36,487 bases of DNA from Polyangiaceae bacterium (GTDB lineage Bacteria; Myxococcota_A; Polyangia; Polyangiales; Polyangiaceae). Below the pieces are notes generated by a model. It was given only the letters and a program-made list of their open reading frames with translations, ran no database searches and was not told the DNA's origin. Position numbers and translations under genes: made by a program. The stretch spans positions 1 through 36,487 of the forward strand of contig JBGANF010000082.1 in NCBI GenBank assembly GCA_044222475.1, read 5' to 3'. Shown in pieces: positions 20,531 through 28,356 of the stretch; the first letter of the stretch is position 1; each line of letters opens with the position of its first letter.

Positions 20531-20965
20531 GTGGGAGAAGTGGAGCAGCTTCACGCGCTTGTCATCCTGGCCTGGGCCCTGGTCCGGAGCCTTCTGGCCC
20601 CCCTCGTCGGGGCTCGGCGGGGGCTCGCCGCGTTCCGGGAGAGCTACGCGAAGGACCACCTGCCGCCGGTCACGAAGGACGAGCGCAAGGCTCTTCGGAC
20701 CTTCAGCGGGTGCATCGCCTGCGGCCGGTGCGACGTCGGCGAGGCGGCGCGCATCGTCGCGTCGCGCGGCACCTACGGCGGCGTGATGGACCTCGTCCTC
20801 GCGAGCTCGCGGAGCATGCCCGACTACGACGCGGCGGCGAAGTCGTTCGCCGCCGTCGACGACGCGCAGCTCGCCGCGGCAGAGGCCCGCTGTCCCACCT
20901 TGGTACCGATGCGCGAGCTCCGATCGTTCGTCATCGCCAAGGCGGGCGAGCTCGAGCCGGTGTGA
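20531..20965 (+). CDS. Small putative Fe-S protein
   Basis: N-terminal hydrophobic segment, CIACGRC and a distal RCP; start uncertain (GTG 20531 or 20540). Confidence 0.65.
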   Translation: MGEVEQLHALVILAWALVRSLLAPLVGARRGLAAFRESYAKDHLPPVTKDERKALRTFSGCIACGRCDVGEAARIVASRGTYGGVMDLVLASSRSMPDYDAAAKSFAAVDDAQLAAAEARCPTLVPMRELRSFVIAKAGELEPV

Positions 20966-21351
20966 GCGCGGAAAACCGGCAAATCCTGCTCGACGAGCAC
21001 GTCTTGGACGACGGCACCGTCGCCCGCACGTGGCTCCGCACCGACGGCGACGAGCTCGCGCTCGTCGAGCCCGACGGTGCGCGGCCGCTCCCCGACGGCG
21101 CCGTCGCGGCGACGTTCGCCCGCTTCGGCGGGGAGCTGTCCGACGATCTCGCCGTACCAGGAGACGGAGCCCTCGACCTCGGTGGAGGTGCTCGCTTGGT
21201 TCCGCTTCGTCACCTCGCCCGCTACGACGTCATCGCTCGCGACTACCTCGTCCTGACCACGGACGCCGGCGCTCCACGCGTCGCGCTCGCGGTCACGATC
21301 GCGGGCGCGCTGCGTCACCTCGCGCGGGCCGCGGAGCGTAACGCTCCGTAA
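20962..21351 (+). CDS. Hypothetical protein
   Basis: GTGA overlap with the upstream stop; protein-like sequence (LRHLARYDVIARDYLVL). Confidence 0.7.
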   Translation: MSAENRQILLDEHVLDDGTVARTWLRTDGDELALVEPDGARPLPDGAVAATFARFGGELSDDLAVPGDGALDLGGGARLVPLRHLARYDVIARDYLVLTTDAGAPRVALAVTIAGALRHLARAAERNAP

Positions 21352-21450
21352 CAGTTCGCCGTAACACTCGGCTCGGTGTTACGCTCTCGGTGGCTGTTAC
21401 GCTCGGTGTTACGATCCATGTTATCTAATGGTATCTGACACTTAGCTGAC
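21337..21450. promoter_or_regulatory. Array of repeated putative operator boxes upstream of an ECF sigma gene
   Basis: CGTAAC at 21337, 21347 and 21360; TGTTACG at 21377, 21395 and 21407; then ATG(T/G)TATCT x2 and CTGACA x2; AT-rich relative to the rest of the window. Confidence 0.65.
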
Positions 21451-21526
21451 ATTGGCCCCATGGCACGACCGCTGCAATGACTCCCAGACGAAGCCCGACG
21501 CAACGGGCCGCTTGGAGGATGCAGTG

Positions 21527-22165
21527 ATGACGACGATTCGTGTTGGTGAGAGCGGGACGTTCGCGGCAGTGACGGAAGCTTCGGCCTGGACCGAGGAAGA
21601 GCTCGTCGCGCGGATGATCGCGAGCAACCCGACTGCGTGGCGCGAGTTCTCGCGTCGCTACGATCGCCTGATCGACCGATGCATCATGAAGGTCACCCGC
21701 CGCTTCTCGTCGGTGGTCACCCAGGAGGACGTCGCCGAGATCGCCGCGACGCTCAAGCTGTCGCTCCTCGCGAACGACATGCACAAGCTCCGCACGTTCG
21801 ACAAGAACCGCGGTCACCGCTTCTCGTCGTGGATGGGCCTCCTCGCGATCAACTGCGCGTACGACTACCTCCGCACGGTCCGCCGCGAGCCGGCCAAGGC
21901 CGCTGTCTCCGACGCGTTCGACATCGTCTGCGAGACGCCGGACCCGTACGAGGCGGTCGCCCAGCGCGAGCGCGCCTCCATCGCCGCGCGCATGCTCGAC
22001 GGCTTCAGCGCCCGCGACCGCGCGTTCGCGTCGCTCTACTTCGCCGAGGGCATGGACCCGGTCGAGATCGCCGCGAAGATGAACATCAGCGTCAAGACGG
22101 TCTACTCGAAGAAGCACAAGATCCAGGCCCGCCTCGAGGCGCTCGCCGAGGCCGCCGCCGCCTGA
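21527..22165 (+). CDS. ECF RNA polymerase sigma factor, no adjacent anti-sigma
   Basis: GGAGG SD; AWREFSRRY, FSSWMGLLAINCAYDYLR (region 2); LYFAEGMDPVEIAAKMNISVKTVYSKKHK (region 4). Confidence 0.9.
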   Translation: MTTIRVGESGTFAAVTEASAWTEEELVARMIASNPTAWREFSRRYDRLIDRCIMKVTRRFSSVVTQEDVAEIAATLKLSLLANDMHKLRTFDKNRGHRFSSWMGLLAINCAYDYLRTVRREPAKAAVSDAFDIVCETPDPYEAVAQRERASIAARMLDGFSARDRAFASLYFAEGMDPVEIAAKMNISVKTVYSKKHKIQARLEALAEAAAA

Positions 22166-22210
22166 GTCCCGCCTTTGCGCGGCAGCGATAAGCTGGTAAA
22201 GCGATCGGAG

Positions 22211-22978
22211 ATGCTTCTCCGGTCGCTTTTCGCCTTTGTCGCGGTCGGCGCGGTCCTCTCGCTCGGCGGCTGCTCGCAGCGCGCAGGAGATGACCCGGTA
22301 CCGGCGAACCCGAGCGTGCTCGGGCCGGGCAAGCGCCTGCGCGACGTGCAGCAACCGGGCGCGGGCTTCGTCGACAAGGACGTGCTCGTGACCAGCGCAG
22401 TGGTCACCGCGGTCGACAACTTCGACGAGACCGGCGACGGCAAGAGCCGCGGCACGATCTGGCTGCAGGACGTCGACCAGGCCGGTCCGTACTCCGGCAT
22501 CAGCCTCTTCTCGCCGTCGTTCCAACCGGCGAACCTCCGGCTCGCTCCGGGCGACGTCGTCGACCTGAACGGCCAGTACGTCGAGCAACAGACCATCGGC
22601 TCGACCGTGAACTTCGCCCCGGCGTTCCTGCCGCAGCTCGTGAAGCCGGCGACCACGTTCCGCTACGAGACCAAGTCGCCCGACCCGGTGGAGATCCCCC
22701 TCGACGATCTCAAGGACTTCAACAAGGGCCGCAAGTGGATCGGCGTGCTCGTGACGGTGAAGAACGCGTTCGTCGAAAACGCGCCGCTCAACAACAAGGG
22801 CCGCGTCACCGCGACGTTCACCAGCGACAAGAACGCCCCCGGCATCTCGAACGAGCTCTGGGATCTCAAGGACGGCGCGTTCTCGGCGGGGACGACGTTC
22901 AAGTCCATCACCGGCATCGTCACGTTCTTCTTCACCCTGAAGATCGCGCCGCGATCGGCCGCGGACCTCGTGAAATGA
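22211..22978 (+). CDS. Lipoprotein with OB-fold-like domains (similar to OB folds of extracellular nucleases)
   Basis: GGAG SD; lipobox LGG-C; VVTAVD...IWLQD...SGISLF...GDVVDLNGQYVE and GVLVTVKN...SITGIV..F...KIAPRS patterns. Confidence 0.65.
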   Translation: MLLRSLFAFVAVGAVLSLGGCSQRAGDDPVPANPSVLGPGKRLRDVQQPGAGFVDKDVLVTSAVVTAVDNFDETGDGKSRGTIWLQDVDQAGPYSGISLFSPSFQPANLRLAPGDVVDLNGQYVEQQTIGSTVNFAPAFLPQLVKPATTFRYETKSPDPVEIPLDDLKDFNKGRKWIGVLVTVKNAFVENAPLNNKGRVTATFTSDKNAPGISNELWDLKDGAFSAGTTFKSITGIVTFFFTLKIAPRSAADLVK

Positions 22979-22982
22979 TGGG

Positions 22983-25262
22983 GTGAGGGTGGGGCGTGCG
23001 CTCTGGCTCGTGCCGCTCTCGTCGCTGGTGTTCGCGTGCGGTCGCCATGAGGCGCCGAAGACGCCTTCGCCACCTGCGCCGGCGCTCGGCCAGCGGATCG
23101 AGGTGCCCGGCCGTCCGCACGTCGCCGCGGTCGTCCGCGCCGGTGACCCCGCGTCCGCTGCATCGGCCTACGCCGTCGCCGAAGGCGTGAGCGCCGACGC
23201 TGGGGACGCGCCGGCGGTCGCGGTCGGTGCCCTCCTCGAGGCGCGCCTCGCGCCGCTGCACCCGCGCGTGAGCTTCGATCCCGGCGCCATCAAGGTGTCG
23301 GTGCTCGTCGACGATCCGAAGCAAGCCGAAGACGTCGCCGCGCGCATCGCCGGCGCGTTCCTCGCGCCCTACGCGGCGGCGGACACCGAGCGCGCGGTCG
23401 TCGAGCGGAAGCTCGCCGCGCTTTCGGCGTTGCCTCCGGCGCGCGGCGCGCTCGCGCTCTGCGAAGGCCGGCTCCGCGCACCGGTCAAGGCGCCGACCGC
23501 CGCCGACGTCGAGTCGTTCCGCGCCGCGATCGCGACGCGAGCCCGCGTCGCGTTCGGCGCCGTCGGCTCGTACGCCATCGCCGACGGAGTCGCTCGCGGG
23601 CTCGGCCGCTCCGCCGCGTGGCCCGAAGGCGTCGCGCCGAACGCGCCTCCCCTCCCCGCCGAGGCCGCGCTCGAGATCGCGACGCCGGTCGCAGCCGCCG
23701 GTCGCGCGCTCGTGCACGTCGCCGCGTGGGGCGCGGGCGACCGCGCCGCCGGTCGCGCCGATCGCCTCGCGTCGAGCGAGTCGCCGCTCGGAGCGCGGCT
23801 CGCCGCCGCCGACGCGTCGGCGGCGGTGGTCGGCGTCCACCTCGGGCGGCTCGGCGACCGCGCGTGCACCTCACTCACCTTCGGCGGCGCGTCGTCGTCC
23901 CTTTTTGGTACGATGGCATTGGCCCGCCGCGAGCTCGCGCTCTCCGAAGGCGAAGCGAACGCGGCCCTCCCGACCGCGCCCGATCCGTTGGATGCCGCCG
24001 AGCTCGGCGCGGCGGCGTCGCTCCCCGTCGCCCCGCCGACCCCCGCGGCGATCGGCGCGCGCGTCGAGCTCGGGGGCGATCCCCGAGCCAAGACCGAGAT
24101 GACGCTCGCACCGTTCGCGACCCTCGATCGCGACGTGGCGGCCGCCGAAGCGACCCTCGGCCGACCCGTCGTCGACGCGCGCACCGCGCTCGAGCCCGGG
24201 CAGCGCGAGATCGTCGTTCTCCTCGCGTCCCCTTGTGGGACAGGCGGCGAGACCAAGGACGACGCCGGCCTCGGCGCCCTCGCGCTGAGCGCCCTCCCCG
24301 ACGCCGACGACGTCGCCACCGAGCCGTGGGTCGCCACCGATGGCCTCGGGCTGCTCGCCCGCAGCGCGGCCCGCCCCGGAGAGTCCGCAGCGGAGCTCGG
24401 GCGGCGAGTCGGCGACGCGCTCGCACGCGCGTTCTTCCGCGGCGTCCCGACCGACGTGTCGCGCGCGCGCGCGAAGCTCTCGGAGAGCGCCGAGCAGGGC
24501 CTCGTCCACCTCGCGACGACGCTCGCACCGGCGCACCCTTCGTGGATCGCGCCCCTCGGCACGGCGGACGCGCTGCTCCACGGGAGCGACGGGCTCGTGA
24601 CCACCCGCCTCGACGCGATCCGTCGCGGGCCGCTCCGCGCGGCGGCGCTCGTGTCCGGAACCCGCGAGGACGCCGACGCGACGATCGACGCGCTCGACCG
24701 CTGGGCTCCGCGCACCTTCGGCGGCGCCGCGCCCGCGTGCGACGAAGCTCCGCTCGCCGCGCCCAAGCCGGGGAGCTACGTCGCCGCGGGACCCCACACG
24801 CAAGCGTGGGTCGCCCTGGCGATCACCAAGGCCGATCTCGCCGCCGCCGAAGCGCTCGCCGCGCTCCTCGACGGCGAGCTCCTCCCCCGCGCGCTGGCGG
24901 GCCTCGTCCGCGAGGCGTCGACGCGCGTCGTCGGGGGCGAGCGCGCACCGTTCTTCGTCGTTCACCTCGACGCGCCGGACGGCTCGCTCGACGCGGCGGT
25001 CGCCCAGACGCGCGTGCTCCTCGATCGACTCCGCGCCCAGGCCACCGATGACGAAGCGCGCTCGGCGATCGCCGCGCTCGCCTCGCGACGGCGCGCGGCG
25101 CGGATGGATCCGCGTCGACGCGTGATCGATCTCTTCCGCGGCGAGACGGCTCCACCGACCGCCGCCGCGGTGCGCGCCTTCGCGGCGACGCTTCACGACG
25201 ACGCGCTGATCGTCGCCGCCGTGAGACCGCCCCGACCTGCGCAGAAGCCGGTGAAGCCATGA
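22983..25262 (+). CDS. Large Ala-rich lipoprotein, possibly a degenerate M16 peptidase-like fold
   Basis: Lipobox VFA-C; fits between flanking genes with an ATGA overlap downstream; no HXXEH motif; fold assignment weak. Confidence 0.6.
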   Translation: MRVGRALWLVPLSSLVFACGRHEAPKTPSPPAPALGQRIEVPGRPHVAAVVRAGDPASAASAYAVAEGVSADAGDAPAVAVGALLEARLAPLHPRVSFDPGAIKVSVLVDDPKQAEDVAARIAGAFLAPYAAADTERAVVERKLAALSALPPARGALALCEGRLRAPVKAPTAADVESFRAAIATRARVAFGAVGSYAIADGVARGLGRSAAWPEGVAPNAPPLPAEAALEIATPVAAAGRALVHVAAWGAGDRAAGRADRLASSESPLGARLAAADASAAVVGVHLGRLGDRACTSLTFGGASSSLFGTMALARRELALSEGEANAALPTAPDPLDAAELGAAASLPVAPPTPAAIGARVELGGDPRAKTEMTLAPFATLDRDVAAAEATLGRPVVDARTALEPGQREIVVLLASPCGTGGETKDDAGLGALALSALPDADDVATEPWVATDGLGLLARSAARPGESAAELGRRVGDALARAFFRGVPTDVSRARAKLSESAEQGLVHLATTLAPAHPSWIAPLGTADALLHGSDGLVTTRLDAIRRGPLRAAALVSGTREDADATIDALDRWAPRTFGGAAPACDEAPLAAPKPGSYVAAGPHTQAWVALAITKADLAAAEALAALLDGELLPRALAGLVREASTRVVGGERAPFFVVHLDAPDGSLDAAVAQTRVLLDRLRAQATDDEARSAIAALASRRRAARMDPRRRVIDLFRGETAPPTAAAVRAFAATLHDDALIVAAVRPPRPAQKPVKP

Positions 25263-26371
25263 ACCCGTGGTTCTCGGTCGGCGGCGACGAGGTGTGCCTC
25301 CTGCGCGACGGCGTCGAGGCGTTTCCTGCGATGCTCGATGCCATCGCGAACGCTCAGCACGAGGTTCTCCTCGAGATGTACTGGGTCGCGCCGGACCGAT
25401 GCGGGCTGCGCTTCCTCGACGCGCTCGTCGCCGCCGCGCGCCGCGGCGTGCGGGTGCGCGTCGTGTACGACGCCGTCGGTAGCCTCGAGCTCTCTCCCGG
25501 GTTCTGGGCGCAGCTCCTCGCCGCCGGCGGCGAGGTCGGCTCGTACCACGCGATCTTCCCGCTCCGCAGCGCGCTCACGCTCGACGTGCTCGAGCGGCGC
25601 GACCACCGCAAGCTCCTCGTCGTCGACGGGTGGCTCGGCTTCACCGGCGGAATCAACATCGCTCGCCAGTGGCTCGCCGTCGACGACGGCGGCGACGGTT
25701 GGCGCGACGACATGATCGCGCTGCGCGGCGAAGCCACGCAGGAGCTCCGCACGCTCTTCTACGACACGTGGAAGCGCATCGGGAACACGCCCCCGCGCGA
25801 TCTGCGGCAGGTGCGGCGCCGGCGAACGCGCCGCGTGTGGGTCCTCGCGAACCCGTACCGAAAGCGCCGTGACGTGCGCCGCGAGTACCTCCACCGAATC
25901 CAGAACGCCAAGTACCGCATCGACATCGCGAACAGCTACTTCGTCCCCGATCGCTCGGTGCGCGGCGCGCTGATCCACGCCGCCAAGCGCGGCGTCGACG
26001 TCCGGGTCCTCGTCCCCGAGCAAGGCGACGTGACGATCGTCCAGTACGCGGTCGAGGCGCTGTTCGATACTCTGCTCCGCAACGGAGTCCAGGTGCGCGC
26101 TCTCAAGGACCGAATCCTCCACGCGAAGACGGCGCTGATCGACGACGACTTCGTCACCGTCGGCAGCTACAACCTCGACGAGCGCTCGTGGCGCAAGAAC
26201 CTCGAGCTCAACCTCGCCGTCGAGGATGCGCCGTTCGCGCGCCACGTTCGGACGTGGTTCGATCACGACTTCGACGGCGCGCGAAAGATCGTGCTCGAGG
26301 CCTGGCGCGAGCGCCCGTTCACCCGTCGCGCGGCCGAGTGGCTGGCCTATGGTCTGCGGAGGCTCTGGTGA
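25259..26371 (+). CDS. Cardiolipin synthase, ClsB-like phospholipase D family
   Basis: Two HKD motifs (HRKLLVVD..GFTGGINI; HAKTALID..VGSYNLD), WRD, SYFVP; no N-terminal TM helices. Confidence 0.9.
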   Translation: MNPWFSVGGDEVCLLRDGVEAFPAMLDAIANAQHEVLLEMYWVAPDRCGLRFLDALVAAARRGVRVRVVYDAVGSLELSPGFWAQLLAAGGEVGSYHAIFPLRSALTLDVLERRDHRKLLVVDGWLGFTGGINIARQWLAVDDGGDGWRDDMIALRGEATQELRTLFYDTWKRIGNTPPRDLRQVRRRRTRRVWVLANPYRKRRDVRREYLHRIQNAKYRIDIANSYFVPDRSVRGALIHAAKRGVDVRVLVPEQGDVTIVQYAVEALFDTLLRNGVQVRALKDRILHAKTALIDDDFVTVGSYNLDERSWRKNLELNLAVEDAPFARHVRTWFDHDFDGARKIVLEAWRERPFTRRAAEWLAYGLRRLW

Positions 26372-27135
26372 GCGCGCGCATCGAGGCTCGCAGGGGCGCG
26401 CGCGTCGCGGGGTTCGTCCTCTCGACGTCGATCATGCTCCCGAGCTACGTCGCCGCGCGCTCGATCGCCCGGCCGGACGCGCGCGACGCAGTACGTGATC
26501 GCTGGACGCGGCGCTGGTGCGACTCGCTCCTCCGCATCTTCGGCGTGGGGCTCGAGGTGCTCGGCGACGCCGACCACGCTCGCGGCCGAGGGCGGCTCGT
26601 CGTCTCGAACCACCGCGGCGTCATCGACGTCGCGGTGCTCCTTCGATCGTTCGGCGGCTTCATGGTGAGCCGCGCCGATCTCGCGAAGTGGCCGCTCGTC
26701 GGCGCGGCGGCGCGCGCGACCGGGACGCTGTTCGTCGATCGATCCGACTCGATGAGCGGCGCCCAGATCATCCGCACGATCCGTGAGCAGCTCGTGAGCG
26801 GTCACACCGTGACCATCTTCCCCGAAGGGACCACGTTCTCGGGGGACGAGGTGCGTCCGTTCCACGGCGGCGCGTTCCTCGCGGCGCTGCGTCAGGACAT
26901 CGACGTCGTCCCGGTCGGCATCGCGTACCAGACGGGCTCGAAGGCGGCGTTCGTCGACGAGACGTTCCCGCAGCACCTCGCCAAGATGGCGGCCGCAGAG
27001 CCGAGCCGCGTCGTCCTCGCCGTCGGGGAGCCGATCCCGGCGAAGGACGAACGCAAGGCCGCAGCGCTGGCGGCGAAAGCGCAAGCCGCGGTGGCGGCTC
27101 AAGTGGCGCGGGCGCGGGCGGCGGTCGACCGCTGA
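26368..27135 (+). CDS. 1-acyl-sn-glycerol-3-phosphate acyltransferase (PlsC family)
   Basis: NHRGVID (HX4D), FVDR and FPEGT motifs; GTGA overlap with the PLD stop. Confidence 0.9.
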   Translation: MSARIEARRGARVAGFVLSTSIMLPSYVAARSIARPDARDAVRDRWTRRWCDSLLRIFGVGLEVLGDADHARGRGRLVVSNHRGVIDVAVLLRSFGGFMVSRADLAKWPLVGAAARATGTLFVDRSDSMSGAQIIRTIREQLVSGHTVTIFPEGTTFSGDEVRPFHGGAFLAALRQDIDVVPVGIAYQTGSKAAFVDETFPQHLAKMAAAEPSRVVLAVGEPIPAKDERKAAALAAKAQAAVAAQVARARAAVDR

Positions 27136-27157
27136 GCGAGCAGCCGGACGGATCATG

Positions 27158-27374
27158 GCCCCCGGACCGAAGTCCTTGGCCGGAGGGCGCCCCGGACTGA
27201 AGTCCGGGGCAGCAACGGACTCGGTGCCATTCCCATCCAAAGCCCGCCCAAGAGGGCGGGCTCGTGATGCGCGTCCCAACTTGGGATAACACCAACGAGA
27301 GTCCGCCCTCCTGGGCGGACTTTGGACGAGTGCTGCATTAAGCTGCTGCCGCCCTGGACCCCAGTCCGGGCGCC
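27158..27374. mobile_element. Composite REPIN/BIME-like palindromic non-autonomous element
   Basis: Hairpin A GCCCCGGAC-TGAA-GTCCGGGGC (27189-27210) with a degenerate copy at 27158 and an inverted copy at 27351-27372; hairpin B (27236-27263) with an inverted copy (27299-27326); central palindrome TCCCAACTTGGGA (27274-27286). Mobility is inferred. Confidence 0.7.
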
Positions 27375-27376
27375 AT

Positions 27377-27577
27377 TCAACCGCCGCCCACGAGGTGCAC
27401 GATCTCCACGACGTCTCCGTCCTTCAGCGCGTGCGCGGCGTGCTCGGCGCGCGTCACGATCGCGCGGTTCACTTCGACGGCGACCGGCCCCGCGGTGAGG
27501 GCGAGCTGCTCGAGGAGCGCGCGGATCGTCGCGCCGTCGGGAGCTTCGGTCGGCACGCCGTTGACGATGAGCTTCAT
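27377..27577 (-). CDS. thiS: Sulfur carrier protein ThiS
   Basis: 66 aa: MKLIVNG...VAVEVNRAIV.RAEH....LKDGDVVEIVHLVGGG, C-terminal GG. Confidence 0.93.
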   Translation of the reverse strand: MKLIVNGVPTEAPDGATIRALLEQLALTAGPVAVEVNRAIVTRAEHAAHALKDGDVVEIVHLVGGG

Positions 27578-28248
27578 CGCCCCGGAGCGTACACCGGCTC
27601 GGGCTCGTCGGCTTCCGAGGACTGCGCCGCGCCCGTCGTCTCGTCGTGAACCTTCACCGCGCCGAGCAGGTAAATCGCGTGGCAGATCGAGACCGCCGCG
27701 TAGATGACCGCCGCGATGCCGAGCTTGTCCACCGACCACGCCTCCCACGCGTCGCCGTGGCCCATCGGCGTCGTGGACACGAGCGCCACCGAGCCGATGA
27801 CGACGACGTTGTGCACGATCTCCACGATCGCGACGGTACGCGCGAACTTCGCCGCGCCCGCGTCGGCGCGCAGGAGCTTCCGACCCGCGATCACGATCAG
27901 CGCCGCGACGCCGATGCCCAGCGGACCGAACACCACCGACGGCGCAGTCGCGTACACGAAACCCATCAACAGCATCGGTACCGACACGACCGCGGGGACC
28001 AACATGTAGAGCGACCACATGCTCGCGGCGCGAACCGCGAGCGGAACGCCGGGCGAGCGCGGCAAGTCGACCACGGTGCCCCGGTACGCGCCACCGGTGG
28101 GCACGTACACCCTGTCGACGACGTCCCACGTCGACCGTTGCCGCTTCATCGCGTGAAGGTAGATGAGCACCGGCGCAGCGAGGAGACCGAGCGCGACGAG
28201 TCCGGCTCCGAGCCATCCCAGCGCAACTCCGAGGTCGTGTTCGAGCAT
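27574..28248 (-). CDS. Integral membrane hypothetical protein (about 5 TM)
   Basis: GGAAGGAG SD before ATG 28248; several hydrophobic helices; ATGA overlap with thiS. Confidence 0.75.
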   Translation of the reverse strand: MLEHDLGVALGWLGAGLVALGLLAAPVLIYLHAMKRQRSTWDVVDRVYVPTGGAYRGTVVDLPRSPGVPLAVRAASMWSLYMLVPAVVSVPMLLMGFVYATAPSVVFGPLGIGVAALIVIAGRKLLRADAGAAKFARTVAIVEIVHNVVVIGSVALVSTTPMGHGDAWEAWSVDKLGIAAVIYAAVSICHAIYLLGAVKVHDETTGAAQSSEADEPEPVYAPGR

Positions 28249-28356
28249 TCCGTCTCCTTCCTGGAGATCTACGTAGGGCACGGACACCGGATTCCCAGGC
28301 GCGTCATGCCCACCCCGGAACTTGTCGGCCGGCTAACCATTTCCCGCTACAGGTAG

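Noticed and set aside
21337..21413. Possible mini-CRISPR array
   Set aside because: Repeats are only 6-13 bp, change orientation, have very short spacers, and no cas genes are present.
25259..26371. PLD-family protein as an anti-phage nuclease
   Set aside because: Two HKD motifs with cardiolipin-synthase-type context and coupling to an acyltransferase indicate lipid metabolism; no helicase or methylase is nearby.
28249..28356. TPP riboswitch upstream of the thiS-containing unit
   Set aside because: I cannot see the conserved CTGAGA core on the minus strand.
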